Part shown: positions 26,094 to 38,099 of the stretch, in pieces | Layout: each line of letters starts with the position of its first letter | How positions within the stretch are numbered: position 1 is the stretch's first letter | From: Camelus ferus | Taxonomy: Eukaryota | Reading direction: 5' to 3' | DNA length: 64,000 bases | Assembly (NCBI RefSeq): GCF_009834535.1 | Contig: NC_045696.1 | Coordinates: 16,184,001-16,248,000, forward strand | The notes under the pieces: model-generated | Databases searched by the model: none | Told to the model about the DNA's origin: nothing | Seen by the model: the letters and a program-made list of their open reading frames with translations, nothing else | Made by a program: the position numbers and the translations under genes

Positions 26094-26168
26094 GTCATGA
26101 GAGAATGGGAAGAGGCAGAACGTCAAGCCAAGAACTTGCCTAAAGCTGATAAGAAAGCCGTTATCCAG
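26094..26168 (+). CDS. APP: APP exon 10, 75 nt
   Basis: ttttgtag|GTCATG...ATCCAG|gtaaat. Encodes [25 protein letters not shown]. Confidence 0.99.
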
Positions 26169-26878
26169 GTAAATCCGGAGCCCGTCTCCTCTAAGCAGCA
26201 CACGCCAGCATCCCTTGTTTATCAAGTGCATCCACCTTTTCCAGCATCTGCTGGAACCTCATGCATGATTGTTCTTATTTCCCACAACTTGCACTATAGC
26301 TCGTTATTGTCTAGTAATTCCATTGCTTAAACCCCGCCCTCATATTTTGCTCCCAATTAGCTCAAGTTATAACTCATTTAAATAAAACTCATATTGTTAT
26401 GTAAAGTCTACTTTTTATCAGTAATACATCTTTTTTGGCTTTTGTTACCTTCTGCCACTTCTCCCCCGTGGCAAATTTACATGATAATTTGAATTTTTGA
26501 CTCGAAGCCCTCTCAGAATTCCCTTAAGTAAACCCTGAGATTATCATGGTCATTTTCTTAAAGTGCTTTGAGTAAGAGAGGGACTGTTGAAATATGCTTG
26601 TAATTTCGAGTTTGAAGAATACATAAATGCATCCTACGTTGTCGTAGTCCAGGCTGTTTTCAGAGGCTGTATAACATGATTTATATTGAGAAATTTGGTC
26701 TGGGGATGGAAAGCAGAGAAGGGAGGGTAACTCATGAAACAGGATGAATTAAGTCAGAAATGTTGGAATGACTAAGTTCTTTGAATAAAGCAAAATATGG
26801 TATCCCTTTGAAAAGACTTGAGTTTGCTGCCCCGTCCTGTTTGTCTGGTTCCCGACTGACCTGTGCCTGTGTTTGTGA

Positions 26879-27115
<237 letters not shown>

Positions 27116-27379
27116 TGAGCCCGTGAGAAAGAAATCTGGAGAAATGCCAGGAGCACCGTCACTCACAGGCTCAACCTCAGTCCTTTTTATCTTGAAGGGT
27201 CACAGGGCAGCTGCCTCCGGAGGACCATCTCTGTGCAATAGACAGTCCCACCTTCCCAAGGACTCACAGTGCAAGAGTTGATACACCTGGGGTGGTGACA
27301 ATTCACGGTACAGTTGAAGTCAGGGAACCACCCAAAGCTGGAAGGACTTTAGCTGTAACCTAGCCTAGCCCTCTCTTCA

Positions 27380-27470
27380 TGTGATGTAAATGAGGTCAAG
27401 AAAGCTGAGATCTGGCCAGCTCATAAGGCTTTTTAGTGGAATACCAGGCACTAGACCTCAGGTTTCCTGC
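27380..27470 (-). mobile_element. MIR fragment
   Basis: aatgaggtcaagaaagctgag...ataccaggcactagacctcaggtttcctg. Confidence 0.5.
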
Positions 27471-27669
27471 TCAGAGCAGGAAGCCACATTCTCCAGGGAT
27501 AGGAGCCCTATTCAGTCATGCTTTAGTCCACAGCAAGGGGGCTTATTTGTGGTGTTAAGTGACAAATGCCCTGAAAGGTGTACCGAGCAGTGCGAGCACG
27601 GATCTTCTCAGTGAGGCTTCATGGGAGAGCTTACTTTGGATGTAAGGAACATTCAGAGAGTGTGTACAT

Positions 27670-29700
27670 TATGTCTACTTGTTCTATCCGTTATTGAGTG
27701 AAGGGTATTGAAATCTCTGACTGCAATCATGGATTGGTCTCTCTCATGTGATGCTATGAGCTTTGGCTTTGTGTATTTTAAGGCTCTGTTTTTAGGTGCA
27801 TAAGCATTCAGTCTTGTTATGTCCTTTCTCACCCCCTCCCTCTTATCATTAGGAAATGACCTTCTTGTTATCCCTAGTAATATATTTTGCTCTAAAATTG
27901 CTATATCTGATATTAATTAAGCTTTCTTGTGATTAATGTACCATAGTGTATCATGTATCCATCCTTATGCTTTTGCTTCAGCTTTTTCATTTTTATACTT
28001 GAAGTACATTTCTTGTAGGTAGCATAAACTTGGGTCTTGCCCTTTCATTGAAAAGACCATTTAATGAAGTTATTGATATGATTATGCCTGAATCGATCAT
28101 CTTGCTGTTTATTTTCTATTTGTCCCATCTGTTCTTTGTTCCCTTTGTTTTCTTTTTATTTCAGCCACCTCTTGGGTTAATTGAATATTTTTTATGATCC
28201 TATTTTGTGTCTTTTGTTGGTTCTTAGTGTTAACTCTTTATTATTTTGGTGTAGGAAACATTTTTAACTTCTCACAATGACATCACACCAGTACAAATGA
28301 TGTTATACTATCTCCCTAATATTACAAGAATCTTACAATACAGTACTTTCATTTCCCCTTTCCTAACCTTTAGGCTCTTTTTGTCATACTTTTTTCCATA
28401 CTACATTATTGTTATTTTTTAAAATAATTATCTTCTAAAGAGTTTTAAATAATAAAAATATTTATTTGCCTATATAGCTACCATTTCTGGTGTTCTTCAT
28501 TTTTTATGTAAATCCATCTGGAATCATTTTTCTTCTACCCAGAGGACTTCTTTAAAATTTTTTTAATGCATTCAGAGTAATAAAGAATTCTTTTTGCTTA
28601 GCTATGTCTGAAAATATCCTTATTTCACCTTTGTTTTGGAAGACATTTTTACTGGGACAGAATTCTGGGATGAAATTTTTTTCTTCAGCTACTTTAGTGA
28701 TGATGCTCCATTGTCTTCTTATTTGCATTATTTCCAACAAGAATACTGATATCATCCTTTTCTTTATGTCTCTGTAAATAACGTATCTTTTTTTAATCTG
28801 ACTGCTTTTAGGGCCTTTTCTGTATCCTTAGTTTTGACCAATTTGATGATGAGGTGCCCTGGTGTATTTCAGTCTGACATTAAGCCCATCTGGCTGTTTT
28901 TCAGGTCATACATTATAGTTTTCCTATCTGGAAGTTCAATCTGAATTTTTGTTTGTTTGTTTCCTATCTTCCGTACCTTTACTTAATTTTAAACCTTTGG
29001 AATTTTTTGACTGGCTGTCAGACAGTGTTGAGCACTGGATATTGTTGTACATTATACCTGTAACTGTGCTTGAGCTTTGTGCTGTAATGCAGTTAAATAA
29101 TGTGGAAACAAAGCAGTTACCAGCCTGTGGCTAGGTTGTTCCCCAATACTGAAGGAAGATGCTTCTGAGTAATCTACCGTGAGTGTTGAGTTACTCTGTT
29201 TGGATGTTTGAATGGTGGGAACAGGTACTATTCTTGACTCTGTATGAGCACCAGATCCTGTTACCTCAAATCTTTTTGGATAATTTTTTTCTTGTGGCCT
29301 CAGTTTCTTTCAGGAGCATGCATTGGTTATTAGCTACACCCTCATAGGGCAGTTATCTGAAAATCTCTGGGTTCTCTCTCCAAGCAACTCCTTTCTCTCC
29401 AGTACTCTTTCCTGTGACCACCAGCCACCTTCATCTTTCCATATTCTCAAGCCATATCTTCAGCTCTCTGGAATCTACCAGGCTCTCTCTGCCTGGGTTC
29501 CTACGCCTGGAGCCACAGCCTGGAGACTCAAGACAGTAAGCTTGGCCAATCATAGAGCTCACTGCATATGTTTCAGTGGTCTCTGTCCTTCGCCTGATGT
29601 CTTACATCTTGCAGAAATATATATACATATATATATACAGTTCTATATATGTTGTCCACTTTTTGGTTCTTGCTGGCAGCAAAGTAAATCTGGTTCCCAC
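27670..29700 (-). mobile_element. Ancient L1 fragment (5' region, ORF1 remnant, start of ORF2)
   Basis: ORF 28552-28755(-) QWSIITKV...FQNKGEIRIFSD..KQKEF resembles the L1 ORF1p C-terminus. 27670-27830 resembles antisense L1 endonuclease-region sequence. Confidence 0.75.
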
Positions 29701-31506
29701 TGTTCGACATTGGCTGATAGTGGCATCTGTGTGTACATGATATAACTAAATCAAAAAGTCACCCACATGCACTGATTCTCCTCATCACTCTGATTTTTCT
29801 TTCTATACTAAGGTTCAGTGCAGAAAGCTCTGAGGAACCATAAAAAAGCTTCTGGTGCTCTTCCAGACAGCGGAATAGTACTGAGCCTATTCTTTTCATG
29901 ACATCACTGCAATTGAGTGTCTGGTCCAGGGTGACACCACCCGTAATGGGCAGGGTGGAGCTGTGAGTCACAGTTGACCACTGCAGTGCCGTCTTACCAG
30001 ACCAGGCTTCCTCTCTGAACAAAAAGCTTTTGAAAAAGAATGTTCACATTAGCATTTTGATTTTCTATTCAGAAAAAAATCTCTGTCCCAGCACTGCTCG
30101 GTAAAATTCTGTTTATGTCTCTTTGGAGAATGAGTTCCCTGCTTACTCTCTTTTTCTAGAGGATGTGATTTGGGGGGCGGAGCCGTCAGCATCATTTGCC
30201 CAGAACGTGGCAGGGTGGTGGGCGTTGAGAATCTTAATAGCTGTCATTTAGTGAAGTGTTCGGCTGAAAGTCCAATCTCTGAAGTAAGATCTTTGCCAAA
30301 CTGGTCATTGATGGAGCTAAAAATAAGATGAGGACTAAATGGAGTCTTTAACAAATGCACATTCCAGATCTTTCAGTTCAGTCCCATCAGCCATCACGGG
30401 AAAGACGGTGACAAGAAGAATGTCTGCCAAAGCTTCACGTGTCACCAAAGGGGTAATTTCAGATTGGTCATAATCGTGCTTGCCCTGAGTCTGTTGATCA
30501 CTCCATGTAGAGTTAGACAGTATGTTTATTTGAAATAAAAATTAAAAACTGGATTAAGAAGAACGATTTTACTGTCAAAAAAATCAGATTATTGCTGATT
30601 TATCCAAGGATTCCTGTTGAATTCTTGCCTAGAAATGAATAAAACTCTCTCATGTAATGAAAACTGGGGCCAGGTAGTCACAGACCTGCAATCTTGGCAT
30701 GATCTGCCATTTTTGTTGAGTTACTGTCTTTGAGTGTTTTGTTTGAGTTTTAACATACAGCTTGACATGGCACGTAGCTCTGCACTTTGAAAAATGGGCG
30801 AAAATTCTAAATCCCTTCTCAAGGGATTTTATTATATATTGCTGTTGAAAGACATAAATCTAGAGCTTGCCTGTAACTGTCTGAGGAAGGTCATGTCTTA
30901 CACTGGAGCCATAAATAAATATTTCTGAAATCTCCCTCATTCTTAACCCAGGGCCTGGAAAATATGGAATATTTAGTAAATGTTAGTTGAATATAAGAAA
31001 ATGAATTAGTCAAGTGTTTTTTTTCTACAGATTCTAGCTGATATCACCTTCAGAATAATTACCAACTTAACCCTGACCACGTTCTACCAAAGAGTCCCAG
31101 ACTTCGCCAGTGGGAATCTGAAATAATGTGGATTGTTTTCACAAAGCTTTGAAGCTTAGGTTTAATCCATACGGTCACTTTTTTTTCAACCTGAGCATGA
31201 AAGTATGATGTGATGATGTTTTTGTGCAGCTAGAATTCCTTGCTCTACCATGAATTTCATTTGTGAGTGTCCATGTCTGTATGTGCTCTTGGTTCCAGGT
31301 TTCCTTTTTGATTAATTACTTGCCTACTGACTGGTATACTGAATGGCCAGCCTGGAAGTGCAGTGTTTGAATCATACTTAGAATTTATGTGTGTATGTAT
31401 CTATACATAAATATATTTCAAATATTGCTATAGCTAAAACTGTGCATGTCTGCCTTGCCACCCTTCCCAGGAATAAGAAAAACTATAAGGCAGTTAGGTG
31501 TATCTC

Positions 31507-32362
31507 TTTTCTTTTTAACTGAAGTATAGTCAATTTTCAATGTTGTATCAGTTTCTGGTGTACCTGCATAATGTTTCAGTCATACATATACATACACATA
31601 CTTGTTTTCATATTCTTTTTCATTATAGGTTTCTACAAGATAAATTTGAATATAGTTCTCTGTGCTATACAGAAGAAACTTGTTATTTATGTATTTTTGT
31701 TCTTTATTTATTTTATATATAGTAGTTAGTATTTGCAAATCTTGAACCCCAATTTATCCCTTCCCACCCCCTTTCCACCCTGTAACCATAAGTTTGTTTT
31801 CTGTCTGTGAGTCTGTTTCTGTTTTGTTCATTTGTGTCCTTTTTTTTTTTTTTTTTTTAATTCCACATATGAGTGATATCATATGGTATTTTTTCTTTCT
31901 CTTTCTGGCTTACTTCACTTAAAATAATGATCTCTACGTCCATCCATGTTGCTACAAATAGCTTTATTTTACTCTTTCTATGGCTGAGTAGTATTCCATT
32001 GTATAAATATACCACAACTTCTTTATCCAGTCATCTGTCAATGGACAGTTAGGTTGCTTCCATGTCTTGGCTATTGTAATTAGTGCAGCTATGAACATTG
32101 GGATGCATGTATCTTTTTGAGTTAGAACTTCCTTCAGATATATGCCCAGGAATGGGATTGCTGGATCATATGGTAAGTCTATTTTTAGTTTTTTTGAGGA
32201 ATCTCCATACTGTTTTCCATAATGGCTATACCAAATTACATTTCCGTCAACAGTGTAAGAGAGTTCCCTTTTCCCCACACCTCTCCAGCATTTATCATTT
32301 GTGGACTTTTTAATGGTGGTCATTCTGTCTGGTGTAAGGTAATACCTCATTGCAGTTTTGAT
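31507..32362 (-). mobile_element. Lineage-specific L1, about 850 bp, ORF2 C-terminus plus 3' UTR
   Basis: ORF 31964-32350(-) MRYYLTP...KCWRGVG...[13 protein letters not shown]...[11 protein letters not shown]...WYIYTMEYYSAI is typical of L1 ORF2p. taaggcagtt occurs on both flanks (31486-31495, 32363-32372). Confidence 0.95.
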
Positions 32363-33344
32363 TAAGGCAGTTGTATGTTTGCCCTCAGGACAAACTCTTA
32401 ATCTGTAATTTATAGAGAGCTAGTGACTCTTCTGAGGACAAGCTCTTCAATTTTTTCACTTTTCTCAAAGTTTCCTTGAAAAAAATCAAGGAATTGTACT
32501 TTTTTCCCCCAGAAAAGATAAATTCTTCCCCAGAGTTGCAGCACACATGGTTAAAGTTCCCTCACTGTTGGAGGCCTTTAAACTACCAAATACAAGTATT
32601 GCTTTTAAACTAAATTATTATCATCAAGCACAGGACTCTGGCTTCCTGCTTTCACAGAGCTCAGATTCAAGCTTCATGAAATAATGAGTTAAATCATATC
32701 TGAGCCTTCCCTCTTGTAAATGGCAGGGTCTACGTCATAGATGGAGAAATGACGATGATGTCATGATGATGCTATTGCCCGACTGTTCAGCATCCTCTAT
32801 GATCTGAAGAGAAATTAGACCTAAGTGGGATCCTGTACAGAGAAACTGAAGGCTGCAGAGGAATTTCTGTTTAAACTTTCCATTGTAGGCTTAGGTCTGG
32901 AAAAACTTAGGAGCCAGTTAGTAAGAACTGAAATGTTTTAAAGATGAGGGATGAAAAACCAAAGCTTTCTTTGCGATTCTAAGATTTTTGGTGTTTTTTT
33001 TACAGATACTCTTCCATTAGACACCATCCTAATTATCATCCTGACTTCAACAACTTTTCAGTATTTTCTGTGCAGAAGTCAGAATTTAGAAACATGTTCA
33101 TGTCTGTCTTTCTCTCTGTCTGTGTGTCTGTGTCCCAGGAGTGTGGTCTTGTGTTTTTTTCTAGTGTCTTAGGAGACATCTTATCCAGACTGAATGTAGA
33201 TACTGATTACTGAATTGCAGCCATCTTATCAATACCAAAATTAATTTCATGCTTTTATCTGATGCTTCACACAGACTCTCAACATTTAATTGAGTCAAAA
33301 AAAAAAGGCAGTTTCTTTAGCACCTGCACCCTTTCCTTTCTCAT

Positions 33345-34062
33345 TTCTTTTTCTTTTTTTTTTTTTTTTTTAGTTGACTTTAATATTAGTTTCCGGTCTA
33401 AAACATAGTGATTCAATAATTTGATAGATTGCATACCATACAAAGTTATTATAATACTATTGACGACATTCCCATGTTGTACATTACATCCCTGTGACTT
33501 GTTTATTTTATAACTGGAAATTTGTGCCTTTTAATCCCCTCACAGATTTCCCTTCCTTCCCTCCCCTTCCCTTCCTCTGCTAGTGACCATTTGTTTGTTC
33601 TCTGTATCTGTGAGTCTGTTTCTTTTTTGTTATATTTGTTCGTTTGTTTTGTTTTTTGGATTCCCCAAGTAAGTGAAAACATACAATGTTTGTCTTTGTC
33701 TGATTTATTTCACTAATCATAATACCCGCCAGGTCCATCCATGTTGTCACAAATGACAAAATTTCGTTCTTTTTATGGCTAATATTCCAGCGTGTGTGTG
33801 TGTGTGTGTGTGTGTACCACATCTTCTCTATCCAATTATCTGCAGTTGACACTTTGGTTGCTTCCATATCTTGACTTTTATAAATAATGCTTTGAACATT
33901 GGAATGCATATATCTTTCTGAGTTAGCATCTTTGTTATCTTCAGAGAAATACCCAGGAGTGGAATTCCTGGTTGTATGCTAGTTCTATTTTTAATTTTTT
34001 AAGGAACCTCCACGTTGTTTCCCATAGTGGCTGCACCCATTTACATTCCCATGAACAGTGTA
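33345..34062 (-). mobile_element. L1 3' end (ORF2 tail plus 3' UTR), older subfamily, with (TG)n
   Basis: poly(T) tail. ORF 33580-33909(-) contains WIEKMWY...KKNEILSFVTTWMDLAGIMISEINQT. Confidence 0.9.
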
Positions 34063-35599
34063 TTAGATACATTCAGCAGAATGTTATATTTTCTTGATAT
34101 TCCTGAAAATGTCTTCATTTAATTCGTTAGTAGAATCATTTGTGAGACTTGCCATTAAGGAGTATGATTTTATCCCTAACTTGAGATTTTGCTCAATGCT
34201 ATTTGGTGAACTTTAACAGCAGGGCAATACATTTTCAATTAGAAGCAGTAATCATTGGAGAAAAATAAAAGACAGCAGTTAATTGGTGTGTTGTGGTAGG
34301 CAAACCAGTGACAGCATGAGGAGGTACCAACTAAATCAATCTGTAGCCAACCTGAATATTACCGTAACTATAAGTTTTCTAAAGTAAAAGAAATTGAGAT
34401 CCTAACCCTGTTTTTGTTTTTATATGGTAGTTGCTAACTGCCCTTCTCCCTGCAACCCTTAATTTTCTGCTAATCACTTTTGGTTGCAAGAAATAAGAAG
34501 CATTTGTAGAACATATTTAGATAGCATATATCTCCAAGGTAAATATGCTACAACTCCACCTCAATATAATGGATAGTAAATAAAATAAAAATTATTTGCT
34601 GACATCTTAATATGTGATGGCACTGAGAGAGATAAATACTAAGATGTTTAAGACAGTCTACTGTCAAGTTTTGAATATAATCAAAATTTTGTCAAGCCAG
34701 TTTTGGAATGTACTTAAAAGACTGCCAGGTTGAAAATCATCTTTGAGAAATATAAATAATTATTCTGTACCTTATGTTTTTAGTATTCATTCATTCATCA
34801 TTCATTTAGTTTTAGTTGAGCTTTGTAAAAATTGGTGAGCACGAGAGGACTCATTAATCTGAGAGTTTTTAAGGACAGATAGTATCAAACAGTGGGCGGA
34901 AAGACAAACGGGAGAATCAGCATTTGTTGAACAAACTAAGCTGTGTGGTTTGCTTGCTATTTCAGAAAAGGCTCTCAGTATTACCTCTTACCTTGCTTTG
35001 AATCTTTACCAAGCTGGATAGACAGATCTCACTAAAGACCAGTGGGGTATAAGAAACCAGAGACACTTAGCATTTTCTGTTTTTTATTGAATTAAGTGAA
35101 AAGAAGAGTAAGAAGTATATAGGAAAGGCACCAGCTTGAAAGCTGCCCTGTTCCTCTGAGACCATATGCATCAGCCCAGATTCCCTCCACGCCGGAGCCC
35201 CACTTAGGCACTGTCTTCAAAGTCTAAATAGCCCTTCACCCGATGCTGTCAGACCTACAGCCCTGGCATGTCATATTTCATTCTAGTGAAAGTTACATAT
35301 ACACATTTGTATGTCAATACCTATTTTCGTTCATTCTTGAAAATGAAAACCCATTATGAAGACATAAATATTTAGTTTTTTAGACAAATGCATAGCACTT
35401 TATTTGATGATCCAGTGGTTACTTAACTGTCTGGCCTTACAAAATCTGTCCTACAGAACAGGCAGCAACAAGGGTCTTCTCCCTGGAAACATGTATGCAT
35501 GTGCAAAGTTACACATGGGCATCAAGGAATTCACTCATTTTATGAAGTTCATCCATGGATCAGTTAAAAGATCCTGGGTTATAATTGAATTTTTGTAAG

Positions 35600-36688
35600 T
35601 GTAGGGGAGCAAAATTTGCCACCCCAAAAATGTCTCCTTGGCTTGAAGATTAATTTAGGCTGATAATTTTTAAGGCCCAAAAGACTCAGAAAGAACTGTT
35701 ACCCCAAAAGGTAAAGACCTCAGTTCTTAACATACCCAAAAGGTAAGTTTACAGTCGGGAGATGGTGCTGACATTGTGTAGCTAAAGATTTTGAAAGATT
35801 TATTTAGAAAAGGAAAAGTACACCTCCAGGAATGGGAGGCTGGCTGATCCAAGGGAGGGAAAGCAGTGGTTTTTTCCTCCCCTTTCTCTTACACTCTCGC
35901 TGAGAGTTGGTCTTTTGATTGACAGCTCTTGTCCCTGGAGTGCTTAGTCATGTTTGGCCCCTTTTGCGCATGTCCTTACCCATGGTGTACACAGAAAAAC
36001 TCCATGGGGGCCTAAACCACAGTGTTAATTATAATACAATGGGCACTGGGTCGTGTCCGGTTAAGTCCTTTCTGCTACTGCGCAGTCGTGCCTGTCGGGT
36101 TCTAATCGGTTTCTTGCTGGCCCTCATTTAGAAGTAAAGTCCCTTTATGCTGGAGGCCAGCATAACTCTGTATTCCAGACCATCCTCCCTCTCCTCCACC
36201 TATCTGCCCGGTGCCCCCACTTATCTAACTACCTAACTGACAGAACCTTTGGCCTTCCCCATAACTGCCTAAAAGAACATAGAGGACCTGTTCCAGGAAG
36301 GGAGCTGTCACCATAGTAACTACAGTATGAACTAGGCATGTAGACAGGGAGGAATCTAGCAAAGTCTGTTAAAATTCCTCTCTGTGTCCCATTGTGTCCA
36401 TGTGGCCCAGCAAGCATTTCCTTTTCTCTTTCCATGTCAACTGCCTTCCTCCCCTTTGAAGTCCCAAACTGCTACCCCTTAACATCCTCTTTTGTCTTTA
36501 GCTGAAGATGGTATTTAAGTTGAGAGTTTCAGCCATTTTGGTGAGTTATTCAGTTTTTCTGGGTCTCTCACATGCATACATATGATTCAACTTTGATTTT
36601 CTTCTGTTAATCTGTCTCATGTCAATTTAATCCTTAGACAAGTCAGAGGAACCCGGAAGGGTAGAAGAAAATTTATTCCTTCCCGGCA
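35600..36688 (+). mobile_element. ERV1-class solo LTR (MER34-like), interrupted by a second LTR
   Basis: TGTAGGGGAGCAAAATTTGCCACCCCAAAA...TTCCTTCCCGGCA termini with taag/caag flanks, and a TATA-like gtatttaa near 36511. Confidence 0.75.
35697..36242 (-). mobile_element. ERV1-class solo LTR nested antisense in the preceding LTR
   Basis: TG...CA termini with a 4-bp TSD GAAC (35693-35696, 36243-36246). The reverse strand starts TGTCAGTTAGGTAGTTAGATAAG and carries AATAAA near 35780. Confidence 0.8.
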
Positions 36689-37268
36689 CAAGCTTATCCT
36701 GAGTTTTCTTCTATTAATGTTTCTAGTAGGTCAAGGCACTGTGATTAGGTAGAGTGTGAGAAGCAGGTGAAATTAAAAGAAATATACACGTGCCTATCTT
36801 TGAAAATGATGTAGCCACTTAGGGAATTCATGAAGCAAAAATGCCAAAACCTAAGTATGAATATACAAAAGTGAAGCATATTGTTGTAACTCTCTCTTAA
36901 GTCAAGAGTATGTCACCGTTGGCATTTGTCAGATGATCAGACCATTTGACAAATCTTTCCAATAGTCTGTGGTATTTTAAAACATCTTTTGTTTACCATT
37001 TCTTCCTCATCCCTGTGGGCTTTGCCTTCTGGGTTGCGTTAATAATCCAGTTCATCGTTAAGGACTTCTGTATGTTTCACTGCTTGACTAAACTAGCATT
37101 GAAGACATACAAGTGCCAACAATTTCTGGCCCCTCTTTGCTCTCTGGTCAGCAGATCCAAGCTATGTGTCTAACAGATGGTAAAGCTGGTCCAGAAGCAT
37201 ACATCCTGGGGTTTGGGCCAGGTCCAGAGTTCTGCAGGCTGTCTTCACTGATGGATCGCTGTGGTCTT

Positions 37269-38099
37269 TGTAACTGAAGGAAGAACTATTTCCTCTACTC
37301 TGAGTACTCCGACACCAAGTGTATGTAGGGTGTTCCCTCACATTAAACAAATCTGACACTAACTACCTAGAGTTAGCATAGACCCCACCACCACCACTAG
37401 TTAAAGGTTCAGTCCCACAAGACTGCCCCCTGCTGTAGAAGCCAGTCAAAAATTATATTTTCTGATGGAACAGCTATAAATCAGGACTTCCCATGACCCC
37501 CCTCTTCAGCTTTGATAATTTACTAGAACAACTCACAGGGTGAAGGCTTTACTTACTGTTTATTGTAAAGGATAAAACTGGAGAACAGCCAATGGAAGCC
37601 AGATTGTTTTTGGGTTTTTTTATAGAGGTTCCATTAGGTAGCCATGAATGATTAGATCATTGGCCACTGGTGGTGATTAAACTCAGTCTCCAGCCCCTCT
37701 CCTCTCCCTGGAGGTCAGATAATGGGGCTGAAAGTTCTAAGCCTCTAATCCCAAAGTTGGTTCCTGTAGCAACCAGTTCCCATCCTCCAAAGTCACCTCG
37801 TCAGCATACAAAAAAGATGTTTTCCTTTTTTTTAATTGAAGTATAGTCAGTTACAATATGTCAATTTCTGGTGCACAGCACAATGTCCCAGTCTGCATAT
37901 ACATACATGTATTTGTATTCATATTCTAAAAAAGGATATTCTTATCACTCCAAGGGTCTAATAAGCTCTTGTGTCTGGAACCAAAGACTAAGACCATATA
38001 TTATAACAACAGATGCTTCTGCCACCGAATTTTACAAGTTTTAGCTCTGTATCAGGGCCTCGGGGCAGAGACCAAACTTGTATCTCTTATTATGTCCCA
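37269..38099. mobile_element. MER21-like LTR, interrupted by an L1 tail
   Basis: tctgacactaactacctagagttagcatagacccc...ggttcagtcccacaagactgccccc...actcagtctccagcccctctcctctccctggaggtc matches the recalled MER21 consensus. Confidence 0.8.
37825..37927 (-). mobile_element. About 100-bp L1 3' tail inserted in the MER21-like LTR
   Basis: ttttttaattgaagtatagtcagttacaatatgtcaatttctggtg; degenerate TSD aaaaaagatgttt / aaaaaaggatattc. Confidence 0.85.

Noticed and set aside
31964..32350. 128-aa ORF as a host gene
   Set aside because: It is the C-terminus of L1 ORF2p within a truncated insertion.
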